Origin: Bigelowiella natans CCMP2755 | Taxonomy: Eukaryota > Protista > Cercozoa | Reading direction: 5' to 3' | Assembly: GCA_000320545.1 (NCBI GenBank) | Contig: ADNK01001573.1 | Coordinates: forward strand, 1 to 64,000 | DNA length: 64,000 nucleotides | Shown here: positions 12,542 to 25,619 of the stretch, piece by piece | How positions within the stretch are numbered: the first letter of the stretch is position 1 | How the letters are laid out: each line of letters begins with the position of its first letter | Notes under the pieces: model-generated | What the model was told of the DNA's origin: nothing | What the model saw: the letters and a program-made list of their open reading frames with translations, nothing else | Databases searched by the model: none | Made by a program: the position numbers and the translations under genes

Positions 12542-15411
12542 ATGGTATCGTCTGTGTTGTCTGTAACTCAGTCCTTGGCGTTACATCGTATGTGTTGTCT
12601 GTAAACTCAGTCCTTGGCATTACTATTGTTTTCTCATTGGATCGATCTTGGATCATCGAAAGCACAAGTGGTAACGCCGCTGCAGCAACCATTCGGAATG
12701 AAAGGAGGGGGATTTGAGCAGCAGCAGCAACAACAACAACAACATCTGAAGCAGCGGTCCCGTCATCATCATCATCATCATCATCATAATATATTAATTG
12801 CACCAGTGACAGCAGCACTATACACCTCGTCATCAGCAGCTAAAAGTTACTACCATGCGGGGTTGCATCAAAGGGAAAGGGGTCCTTCTTCTTTTTCAAC
12901 TTCCGTGTTTGCCTTACGTGGAGGCTGCAAGAGGAAGAAGAAGAGTCTGGAATATAATGTAGGAGTTGGTGGTGTATCATCATCGTCATCATCATCATCC
13001 AAGTCGAAGAGTAATGCGAAAAGGAGCAGGACGCGTCACCCTAATGACAACGACAAAGAAGGTAACAATGGAGGAGGAGAAGTACAGCAAGCTAATTATC
13101 AAGAAGATGAAAAGAGCGGACAAGAGAAAGAGGATGATGATAATACAAGTGATTTGGAAGATCTGAAAGAAATGATTACCAGCAGTGATAATGATGGTTT
13201 AGACGGAAAAGCACCGAATGCAACACGGATGATGGAAATCTTTCAGAGATATAGCAAGGTGTTGATTTCTCTATGTTCTTTATTGTTTGCTTACAGCTAC
13301 TCTTCAAAGGCTGTCTTCTTCCCGCTTATTTATGTTATACTGACTTATTGTGCAACCTATAGAAAGTCGAAGAAATGGATAAAAAGTTGAAGCTAGATAG
13401 CCATTCATCGAGGGAGGGGAATCTACATAGCAAAGAAGAAGAAGAAGAAGAAAAAAAAAAAGAAAGTCAGAACTATGATGATGAGGTAACAATAGATGCT
13501 TTCTCTGTTTGAGATAGTAGCTAAAGCTAACTGTTAATGTAACGATGGAAATGCTTGTATATATATATGTGTGTGTGTACGTTACTAGGATACTAAATCA
13601 TTATTATCATCCATCATCTGCTGATGATAATGGATGGATATTGTCGAGGGCAGTCATGCCAAATAAGCACGCATCTAATTGTAATGTCGAGGAGGAGGAT
13701 GATGATGATGAGGAGGAGGAGGAGGAGGAGGATTTAGTAATAATGTGTACTCCCTTCTCATCCTCTGTGTTGTAGTGAATGATAGGAAGAATTGCGTGTA
13801 TTCTTTTTCTTATTATAGGCTGCTGCCGCTGGATTTGACGAAGAAAAATTTAAGAGTTTTTTTCCATTGGATGCTGAGGGGCCGAAGTAGTTGTAGTAGT
13901 AGTAGTAGTAGTAGTAGTAATTAAGTATAATTAGTAGTACTAACAGTACCAACAGTCATAGAAGAAGGCCCATATATGATCAAACAGCAAGAGGAAGAAG
14001 AAAAAGAAGAAGAAGATGATGATCAATGATGAAACCGTTGTTTTTTCCAACGCTTAAACACACATTGGTTTGTATGTGATGTGATCAAAGAAAAATAGAT
14101 CTCTCAGAATTCCAGAACACAAGGAGGTGCACCAAGTTGTACGTTATAGTGGGGAGGGGGTAGAAGTAAGCAGTTGTTGGGAACAGCTGAGCGATAGAAA
14201 CAGCAGCAGCTGGGCTACTAAAAAGCCAAACGAGGAGGTGGTGGGTGGGGTGTGTCAACAATGATGATGACGACGACGACGACGACGACGATGATGATGA
14301 TGATGGATTCTACTACTACTATTCTACTACTACTACTCCTACTTTCTATGCTCTACCATAAAGAGGGATTGAAATGACAATAATATATCACTCCCTCTTC
14401 GTTGAAAATCTTGCCATTTTCATCATAATATTCCAATATGAGGGAAAAGGGCAGTATAAATCAATCATAGCAATGATTATGTTGGCACATATTTTGTTCT
14501 TTAGTATGGTGAGGACAGACGCTGATGAGGCGCTCAAGTTGATGTGGGAGGGTATGAAAAACAAAACAGAGGTAGTAGTAGTAGTAGTAGTAGTAGGGTG
14601 TTTTATTTGATATGATAGATATTACGTGCTGCTGTTATCTCATCATCAATGCGATGATTGTTGTTAGTATGCCAAGCGATATTGGGCTGAAAATGATGAG
14701 CTTGAGGTAGTAGTAGTAATATGAGTAGTAGTAGCAGCAGTAGTTGACTTAGTGATAGAAGTAAGGGTCAAATAGCATTCTACATAAACGATAGTAGTAG
14801 TAGCAAAAACTTACCTAATGAACCGAACAATAAATATTAACAAGTACTGCGACTACTACTACTACTACTACTTCTACTGCCATCTAAGGACAAAATATGA
14901 TTATTTCTGGATGATGATGCCTCCCACTACTCGCACATAATACACATAAGCATAACCACATACACATATACATGTACACATAAACAAGCACGCAAGGTCA
15001 TAACAAGCGTGAGGAAAGCTATATCTTCTGTACTGAATCCCCCCCAACCAACCGCTCTCTGTATAATTATCCTACTAATCTCCCTGCAATGAATGAATGC
15101 AGAGACGGGGAATATATACCTTTGAGCTAGCAAAGGTAGTAATAGTAGTAGTGGCAGAGAAATATTAAGGAGTTAATGATAAATGATCATTAGTAGTGGC
15201 AGAGACATTAGAAATTAATGATAAATGATCAGTAGTAGTATGGTGCTGATGATGACGATGATGATCATGCAGTTGAGTACATATACTGCTGCCATCTGAT
15301 GATATCACTCTCACAGAGCAAAAATGAGCCTCCTAGACCAGAAGAATTTGAAGCTGGTAGCATTACATGGCTTATTATTATCACTACTACTAGTACTAAC
15401 TAGTACTATTA

Positions 15412-15454
<43 letters not shown>

Positions 15455-15552
15455 ACAACAAATACCGCAGATACCACTGGTACCTCTGCTACAACTACTA
15501 TAACTTTTCATCATTTTCAAGGAGACAGAACTACTCACGTATATATATATAT

Positions 15553-15632
<80 letters not shown>

Positions 15633-17809
15633 ATGCTGATGCTGCTTCAAGATGACATATCAATTTTGCTTCAGTCTGTTAGACAATAATGTTTCATAAG
15701 CTGATGACATATCAATTTATTGCTTCAGTCTTTTAGACAATAATGTTTCATATAAGCTGATTATTTGCTATTTTTGATAACAAGAAGCATATCTGTGCGT
15801 GTGTACTTTGTTTGATTCTCAATTCATTATAATGCTACCACTAATACACAGTAATAATACTAATACTAATACTAATGATAGAGGAAAGCTTCCAAGTACG
15901 AGACTTATTTGACGGGCTAGGATTCATTTCACACATCAAGTGAGTGAAGAGGCAGCAGCAGACCATTGATTGCTATTAGACCTGGGATGATGATACTGAT
16001 AGTAGGATGATGTTGATGATCATGATGATGATTATGACGATAATGTACTGCTACTACTATTGGTTATCAGGAGTCCTTTGGTTCAGTTGGGATTTATGCG
16101 CCTACCACATCAGTTATATCAAGGATGCAATTATGAATATCTTTCATACAATGAACTCGTAATAATAATAATAATAATAATAATAAAGTATTTCCTAGTA
16201 GTATTACTACTAGTAGTATTAGTGAGTGATGGTAACAACCAACAATGAGAACAGAAACGATGATAAAAACAACACAACCAACAATGATAACAGAAACGAT
16301 GATGAAAACAACACAACCAACGATGATAACAGAAACGATGATAAAAACAACACATAAAAAGTGTTAGCTATATTTGTCTTATAATGTATTGCTACAATGC
16401 AATACATTACCACATATACATAAGTTGGTCATTCCTGGTACTATAATGCATGCTTACTACTATGAGTGCTGCAGTATGTGCTAATTGCCGCAGAAAGTAG
16501 TACAAACAGCAGCAGCAGCAAACAACTAACCAACCGATGACCATTTTGAACGAATAATTCAAAAACTAGTTGGATGATAGCTACGCAGATATTGTTAGGC
16601 CTCTTGCTTTGTTTTGCATATTTCTTCTTCTTCCATCATCAGCATCATCACTAGCCAATCACTAGTAACAGCACTGCTACTACTACTACTACTACTACTA
16701 CTACTGCTTACAGGAAGAAGTAGCAGTAAACCTTGATAGATATAAGACCGGCCTGCAAGGTGTAGGAGGCCCTCGTGAAATAAGTGATAAGGATGAAGAA
16801 TCTATGAAACAAGGTGAATCATACATACGTACATACATACATACATATAGTAGCAGCTATCAACTAAGCAGTGAAATGAAGAAAGAACAAGAACAAATGG
16901 CATGCACTTCACTGTTCATTGTACGATTATTAACGACTATATATATAATAGGCATGCAAGAAGCGATATCTAGATTCCGAAAAGGTTGTGTTATTATTAT
17001 CATCATTATCATTATTTTTATTATTTTTATTTTTTTTATTTTCTATTATTGTTATTTTTTTATTTAATATCTAGTCGATGATGATGATTCACCATTTTTT
17101 GACGAAGAAGACCTCATTTATAAGACTTCCATTTTTACGTGGTGAGTACTACCACGAACACTACTACGACCACTACTGCTGCTACTACTACCACTACTAC
17201 TACTATTACTGATACATATACTCAGGGGAGATGTGGGCAAAGAGGCAAGTGTTGAAAAAAGAAAGATTAGAGCTTATTGACAACCTGTAATTATTAAGAT
17301 GATAATTGATAATAATAGTGATAATATTCAGGATGATGATATAAGGAGAGGTTGCAATAGAAATAATGATATTTCATGGTGATATAAGGAGGACATGATA
17401 TTAGACTACTATTTGCAGTAGGAGGAGGCAGTAGACAAACAAGAAAGCATGTAGGCATGCATGCAGCTCTTTTCATCTACGTCTCGTTGTTGTTCTAAAT
17501 GTGCCTCATCATCCTCCTCATCCTCCTCCTCCTCCTCCTCCTCCTCCTCCTGCTGCGCCTTGTTACTGTCGTTTGTTGGTGGGCGGTCGCTTAGAGTCGA
17601 TGCACTTCTCACACAGGAGAGAGCAATAGAGATTACTCGTCAAAAGGTGGGTGATGATTCGAGCTACAATGATGATCTTCGAACTTGTCTTGCTTGATCA
17701 ACTTAATTATTATTACCTTATTTATCATCATTATCCTAAAGTAGTTATCATTGATTTTATGCATCTGTTTTTAGATAAAATAAGTAGAAATATCAAAACT
17801 AATCAAACA

Positions 17810-17851
<42 letters not shown>

Positions 17852-18328
17852 ACACACATACACACACACACACACACAAAGTATAATGCATGTGTTTGTG
17901 TGTCAATATTATTTTGTCTTCTTCTAGAGCCACTACTACCACCAACATCACTCTAATTGTGTCTAATATTCTATCATTCTCATGAAGATTGATGCTATTG
18001 GAGAGTTAACACCTGGAAGTAGTCAACGGAAGAATAGTCGCAAAAGCCGGAGGGAGGAGGGCAAAAACGCAATTAATGATGATGACGAGGAGGAGGGGGA
18101 CCAGGGAACAAAGGCAAGCAGCCATGGGATCTCTGTCAACGAAGAACAGTTAATTTATCATATAGATAGTAGTCAGTCATCGTCATCATCATCATCATCA
18201 TCATCATTAACATTAACATCATAAATAATGTCTAAGCGGCTAATAAGATAACTAAAGATAATATATATATATATATATATGTTGTTGACACTGATCGATA
18301 ATCAGCACTGTGGATTAATCTTCCTACC

Positions 18329-18366
<38 letters not shown>

Positions 18367-18927
18367 GTTGTTCTCTGATCATCGATAATCAGCACTCTGA
18401 GGTTGATCTTCATACCATATAACATACTAGCTGCTGATTGTAATTGTTATTATTGTTGTTGCTGCTGCTGATGATGATGATGATGCTGCTTCAGGTATAG
18501 TAACCCTGATTTATCAAGGATCAATCGGTGAAACAACTACTACTAACCATCGTTATTATTATTATCACTATATCATTACTATCATCATTATCATCAGTAT
18601 CAACCATGCATCATTATTGGGATTGATGTCATTGTTGATTTACTCCTTTTGCCCTTTCGTATTATTATTACTGCGATGCTTATCCCTTATTTGTTAATTG
18701 GATAATAAGTGATTTGAACAACGGTCTTGCTGACGACAAAACACGTATTACTCAAAGTGTTCTTCAGTTTTTCCGGGTGGGTGGTGCTCTACTACTACTT
18801 ACTTATATAATAGTAGTAGGAGGAGGAGGAGTTGTAACATTAGTTACGTAGTGGTAGTAAGGATATGAATGTAGTAGGATTTGTGGCGGGTTGTTGTTTT
18901 AGGAGATGTAGTAAATACTGTACTAGC

Positions 18928-18958
<31 letters not shown>

Positions 18959-19257
18959 AACCAACTATAGCACCACTACATCATCATTATCATCAGCACC
19001 ATCACCATCATCACCGTCGTCATTATCATCGCTACTACTACTACTACTACTACTACTTCCACCAATTAAACAGCGAGACGAAGATTTGGGTATTGGTGCT
19101 AAGACGGTTGCAAAGATGTGTGTAAACGCAATGGATCCTAAGAAGAATGAGGTGTGGTACCAGTAACTTTGGTACTAGTAACTTTGTATTACTTCTAATC
19201 ATGATTCGATAGAATGGTGATGATAATGATAAGTTTTGATTTATACTTCGCCTTTTG

Positions 19258-19298
<41 letters not shown>

Positions 19299-19981
19299 TA
19301 TATGTATTTAAGTTGATTTATGTGCAATATTGACATATATACTACTATGAATGAATAAAATGTTAGCTGCGAACAATGGCCGTGTTATTGCGAAAGATGC
19401 ATCGTCATGACTATGGATTGGTATTTGCTAGATAGTTATTGAATAAATACTACATGTTCTCCTATCCTGTGGCCCTTATTGCTACTTACTTCAACTACTA
19501 CTACTAATAATAATAATAATAGTAATACTTTGTGGTGTTTGTAACAGTGCACTACTAGTAAACCACCAATTTTATGTCAGTCATAACGAGATTGCTGTAA
19601 AAGTAGTAGTGGTAGTAGTAGTAGTAGTAGTAATTGTAGTAGTAGCAGTAGTGTTTGGCACGTTGAATCCAGACATAATAGGGTTGAATCATACTTTTGG
19701 AGAATACGAATGATAACCAATTATAATTAATTATAACATTAAAATACAACATTTGTGTGCTCAATTCCAGGTTCATGCCATGCAGCATTACATTGCCCGT
19801 TTTCTTGCGGAAGACCAAAATGGGTTGCGGGCACAACGGTGAGTAGCTGATTTATAATCAATAATAATATCCTCATTCATTGAAATGGTGCTCTTTTGAT
19901 CGTCGTCTTTAATCGATTTGTTTCTCCTACAGATACGTTCTCGAAGAACTTAGGTGGTTCTATGAGAAAGATTTGTTTTAA
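12542..19981 (+). CDS. Large multi-exon protein of unknown function with N-terminal signal peptide and LRGG-containing leader
   Basis: MVSSVLS|[14 protein letters not shown]... and FALRGG. More than 20 AG..GT-bounded exons, e.g. [74 protein letters not shown]. Final exon [15 protein letters not shown] (TAA 19979-19981). No family recognised. Confidence 0.7.
16235..16353. repeat. Intronic minisatellite, 39 bp x3
   Basis: ACAACCAACAATGATAACAGAAACGATGATAAAAACAAC repeated with period 39. Confidence 0.9.
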
Positions 19982-21082
19982 TTGTTTTATGTATCAGTAG
20001 TGCCATTTTGTGTAGATATTAGTCACTATTCACTCATGGTGACATATGGAATACAGATAAACATATTCGCAACAAACAATTCTGTATTGTCATTGCGTTG
20101 AACAGTTTTACTGAATATTTGGCAGAACAATGATCTTAGTATCGCTACACAAAATGGCATACACTCACGATGTACAACGTGCATGTTTGTTAAAAATGTT
20201 GGTAGCTACGAACAGACAAGCTCAATCTTCACACTCCCCTGTCGTGAGTGCATAATCATGTGTGGGATATTTAAGATATGGACGCGCATATAATACGTAT
20301 AACACCCTTGCTAAACATGACGCTCCCATTTATTTGCCGCCATTATACTGCTAGTAACATGGACATTGTTGCCTTTTAACAGATATTAATACCATACTAG
20401 CATCGTATAATTCGTATGAAGAGCTATACTACACACACAAATCTAGACATGCACATACACTTATTTGTAGATAATGTAGACAGTACATCAATGTAGAAAT
20501 GAAGTTTTCGCTGAAAAAATGATATGCATGCAGGACGCCAACGCTTGATTGCATGCACGGATAGTGCTCTAGTACTGGTGTGCTTGCCATGCGTCAATAA
20601 TGGCATGGTCTCGTTAATGACGGGCAAAACTGCTTGACTGCATGCGTCATTATTCACATAGGCGCATACTACTATATACTAGCATGATGGCTTTGAAGAT
20701 AATTTGTAGCCAGGATGCACGTGCATCATGAAGAAATCGACATCTAGACATGTGCACACAATGTCTAGACAAGCGATGGTCACTGATTGCATGCAGCACA
20801 GCACTCACTAGCTCATGATCGATGGCCATGGCCCCATTAGCCATATGCAAATGAAAGCATGTGCAAGCATGTGCTGGCATTGTTCTACGTTATTGGACAT
20901 GATGCAGCGCGTCGATTTACCTAGTTACGACGAATGTGCTGTAATTCTAATATGACATCCGAATACATCAGAGCAAAAATCATTTTGACTTTGCACCTTG
21001 CTCTTAATTATAGCTAACTAAGTCTTCTGTTCTAATCGGCGGAAGGGTGCAATGATGTTGCAGCCCTACCTGAGAAAATCAT

Positions 21083-21390
21083 TCATTCAGCAAGTTTTCC
21101 CCCCGTTGTTTCAGTTCTCGTTTGTCCAACATGATATCCATTGATTTCTGCTACATTGTTGCTATTGTGGCTCTGATTACTACTAGCTAACTCACTGAGG
21201 CGGGCTGTGATCCAATTGATGAATGGCTGAAATCCTTCCTTTGTGCGGGCACTTGTTGGCAAACAGTAGGTTCCAGAAAATCTCTTGGCCATGTAATCCC
21301 TCAAGTCCATACGGTTAGCAAACTCGAAGGGGGTCAAATCTTCGTCAGCATCTTGCTTATTGGCTAGAACAAGGGCAAATGAGGTCGGTA

Positions 21391-21430
<40 letters not shown>

Positions 21431-21600
21431 GACATGGTGGGGACGACAGTGTTCATTTCTGAGACTGGACCCTTCCTCTCCTGATTGAACTCGCTGAGTG
21501 CAAGATCATGCAGCAAGCAGCTGTGTTTTCCTGCCTCCGTAAGGGCCCTCAAACAATATGTGAGGACGCTTGCCCCCTACGGATAGGGGGTTGTCGAGGA
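21083..21600 (-). pseudogene. ARF/ARL-family small GTPase, incomplete as assembled
   Basis: C-terminal exon has G4 (LVLANKQD) and G5 (PTSARTKEG..INWI). The upstream exon has a degenerate P-loop (HILFEG and LTEAGK in different frames) and switch-I-like NTVVPTM. The central WDxGGQ region is absent. Confidence 0.65.
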
Positions 21601-21664
21601 TGCATACTTGCCAGGCACATGATGCTCGCATATAGTCGTAGCACCTACTCCGAGAGATTAGTCC

Positions 21665-21755
21665 GAGGTTATTCGGTCGTTCATCATGATCTCGAGATCA
21701 TCTCTAATGGAGGTTATTCGGTCGTTCATCATGATCTCGAGATCATCTCTAATGG
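21665..21755. repeat. 45-bp tandem duplication, each copy carrying the 16-bp palindrome ATGATCTCGAGATCAT
   Basis: Copies start at 21665 and 21710. Palindromes at 21686-21701 and 21731-21746. Confidence 0.9.
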
Positions 21756-21988
21756 TCGATTTATATCGGATGGGATGGGATGGCAACGTCAACAACGGGA
21801 ACGAGAAAAACACCTTACCTGTCCATTTTTAATGGGTAACATATCTCGGGATATCTTTCATGATTTATCTATTTTTGCCACATCGATTTCTACCGGCAAT
21901 GTATTTGTGAAATTTTATTGTTACGATTTCCTGGTTGGTTTATATCGGGTATATATCCTATAATAATTTATTGTTATGTCTAATAAAA

Positions 21989-22039
<51 letters not shown>

Positions 22040-22460
22040 TTTAGGAGAGAGATTGGATCCCCTTCTCCTTCACCTCATCCTCCCCCACATTGATTACCTC
22101 GGAAACACGGACAGCGTACTAAGCACTACCGCCACTAATATTAGTACTACTGCTACTACTAGTAGCGGCTCATTTCCAATCTCCAACTATAACTGTCAAC
22201 TGACAACTCCTTCACGAAGATCAAGTAACATCAGACCTATGCTTACTACATGCTAGAGCTATAAAGCTACTACAACCAATTTAAGACAATAGTAATTAGA
22301 TCTATAAAGCTACTACTGCTATCAATTTAAAACAGTAGTAGTTTTAGACCTACTACTAGGTTTAACGACGACGCACCCAGCCAGCTTAAGCATAGTGTGC
22401 TCATCATCTTTGATCGTTTTTGAATTAGAACTTCCAAGAACACTTAACGAGCTCGATGGG

Positions 22461-22960
22461 ATGATGACAAAGACGACATCTAACTCAAATTCAATGTGAG
22501 TAGTAGCCCTCTTTGCCCCCTTTTCTTATATTTAATATTGCTATGAAATGAAAGCATATGTGAGACATATGTGCGAAGTTAAATCATTCTATATATCTTA
22601 TGACATCTTCATTTTTATTGATGCGAATAAGGGCTACTTCTACCAGTGATCATGATGTTTCGGAGTCGGAGTACTCGGAATACCTGGAGGAGAAAAGCTT
22701 AATAACATCGAAGGAACAGATCGCAGAGTTGAGTAGTTATGTCTTCGTAGAGCTTGTATGCATTCGATAATACCCTCCTTTGTCATTATATCTTGCTGTT
22801 TATTTTTATACGGTTGTATATTCTTAGCAGATCAGGACTCTCGGATTATGCGAAACGAATGAGTAAACTGAAGGTCGTCAGCGCACCGAAAGCCCTTTGT
22901 TTATTTATCTATTCAAATGGTGGTTTTGCAACCATACTGGTGGTCATTGAACTTGTTGTT

Positions 22961-22993
<33 letters not shown>

Positions 22994-25581
22994 GTCATCG
23001 TCCGTATCCTCCTCCTCTCCTTTATTATTATAATTCTAAGGAATCTTTCCAAACTCTGGCATTTCCAAAGGTTATGGAGTATTTATCTTTATTTACTATG
23101 TGAATAAGTCCTGAACAAGATTGCAACGGAGGAGGAGGAGGAGGAGGAGGGGATGACTAAAAATGGTGTACTATTGATATTGACGATGATCATAATGAGT
23201 ATATCCAAAAGCTAATCTTAGCTCTGAATGATGATAATATTAAGTAGTGTGAATTATGTGCAAAGCATCTAACTTTTTATTCATTCTCCAATCAATTTGA
23301 ATAGATCAAAGTGGTGTCGGCAAAGAAGAAGAAGAAAAAGGGACACATGCTGCTTCTAAGCCCTTCTAAAACTACTTTCACTATTGAAGTCACTTGCAAC
23401 TGTTTGTCATGGAAGGTCAGTTGTGTTTTAGGACTCAAGTTCAGTTCTGAGGATGGTGATAATGACAATGATGATAATGATGACAATGATGAAATGATGA
23501 TGATGATGACGACGATGACGATATTGACAGTTATGGAGTGCATAATGTATCATATTGTCAAATTTGTGTATCTGATGTGTTTGGTGTGTGTGTGCATTTG
23601 TGTGTTGCTTGCCTATCTGTGTGCGTGTGCTCTCTTTCTCCTCCTCCTCCTCCTACTACTACTACTACACTATTTCAGGTTGAAAGGAAGAAAGCTGATA
23701 TTGTATATCTGTAGTAACAACTTACCACACATCATCACCGATAATAATAAGTTGAATATACTGAGTGGTTGTTGTAATATGTGTTTGTTCATATGCACGA
23801 TTTGTATGATTATTTCTTCCTAGATATGAGCAATGTATGGAAATTTCACGAGAGGAACTTGGTACTTGCAGCACATATATCACAATAACATTTTGATAAT
23901 GCTATCATTATTCCTACGGTCTCTCTCTCTATTTCACCCTTTAATTATGATTTTGAGTGTTGATCTCTTCGCCACTTTGTCTGACCGGTCGTTTTATGGT
24001 GATAATATGGTGAATATGTGGTGAATATACATGATGTGTAGATGATGCAAAGAACCTCCTAGAGGCTTTAAGGAAAAAGAATCTTGTTCAAGTACGATGC
24101 CGGGGCCTTGAATTACTTCTTACCACCTTGTAAGAAGAAGTAGTAGTAGTAGCTTGTTGTAGGATGATGATGACAAGGACGAATAATGTATACGACACCC
24201 ATTTTCCACAACAACAACAACAACAACAACATGATGAAGAAGGAAAAGACGAAGAAGAAGAACAAATGGAAGCTACAGATCAATCATTAATTAGTAGCAA
24301 TTTTCAATCAATGTAGCGTTGATCGTGATTGGTTGTTGATAGGTGTGGAAAAGAGACATTCATGACTTCCTCGCCTCTCCAGGTTTTAGCTAATCCAACT
24401 GCAAATATTACATAGTATATATACATGGTGATGATCTCAGATAGATGTCGTTATTATGTATTTTGTAATGATCGACATAAGACATTTCTCGGGTTCAAAA
24501 GTGCAGATAGTTCTCTACAAGAAATTCTCAAAGAGGAAGGTGCTACTAGTAGAAATACTAACAGTAGCACCATAGTAAATCTTACCAAAGGAAAGATTCA
24601 TCACATAATGCTACTTCCAACTATGTATGCATTTCTTATCGTATAACGATAACGGTATAATATGCGTGTTGTTGTTGTTGTTGTTGTTGTTGATGATGAT
24701 GTTGTTGTTGATGATGTTGTTGTGTATTATTATTGCTACTACTATTATAATGATGACTCCTCCTTCTTCTGTATCATCAGGAGATCCATTATTCTCAGAT
24801 GAGGCACCATTGCCCCATTGGATACATAGTTGTGTCAAGACATTGGCTACAAACACCAAAAATCGGGTTATGGTCATTAGATGAGATAAATACATTCTCA
24901 TCTAGTAGTAGTAGAAGTAGTAGTAGTAGTAGTAGGGACTAAACACAAACCACCACCATCAGCACAAATATCCTCATAAAAATATAAATTGTATACTGAT
25001 CCAATAAACTATACCTCCTCTTCCTCTCACTCCTTTCCTTCTTTTTATTCTTCTTCTACTCTATTTTCCTATCAAAATTTATGCGTAGTGTTGTTTGTTG
25101 GGTGGTTTAATATTGCTAATTGGGGAACCTGTATATGAATTCTTTATTATTCAATGCAATGACGGGTGTTACGGTTGTAATCATTGCTTTCATCTTTTAG
25201 CAGTAGCATGCCTATTCTTCTTCCTTATCTCCATCATCATCATCATCATCATCATCAGCATCATCAACTCTAATTACTTTTTGTTACTACGAATAAAACT
25301 ACAACTACAACTACTACTACTACTACTACTACTACAGTTCACAGGACAGCAGTTAGTCCAGTATATTTTGAATGAAGCCAAAATGGAAAATCATCAAGAA
25401 GAAGAAGGTGGTGGAGAGGGTTTAGTATACACATTCAAAATCATCATCATTATTGTCATTCCTTTCATCATTGTCAACAATATATCATGGATGCGTGAGA
25501 GTGTAGTGATTGGTGTATGTGTGCTGCTTGGGTATACCACCAAGCTGCGTGTGTAAACACTACTACTTTATCCTGATCAAC

Positions 25582-25619
<38 letters not shown>

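Noticed and set aside
12602-12604. Stop-codon reassignment (TAA read as sense)
   Set aside because: Conserved genes (P5CS, DGAT2) have no in-frame stops in their exons and end in TAA. The single case is explained by splicing or duplication.
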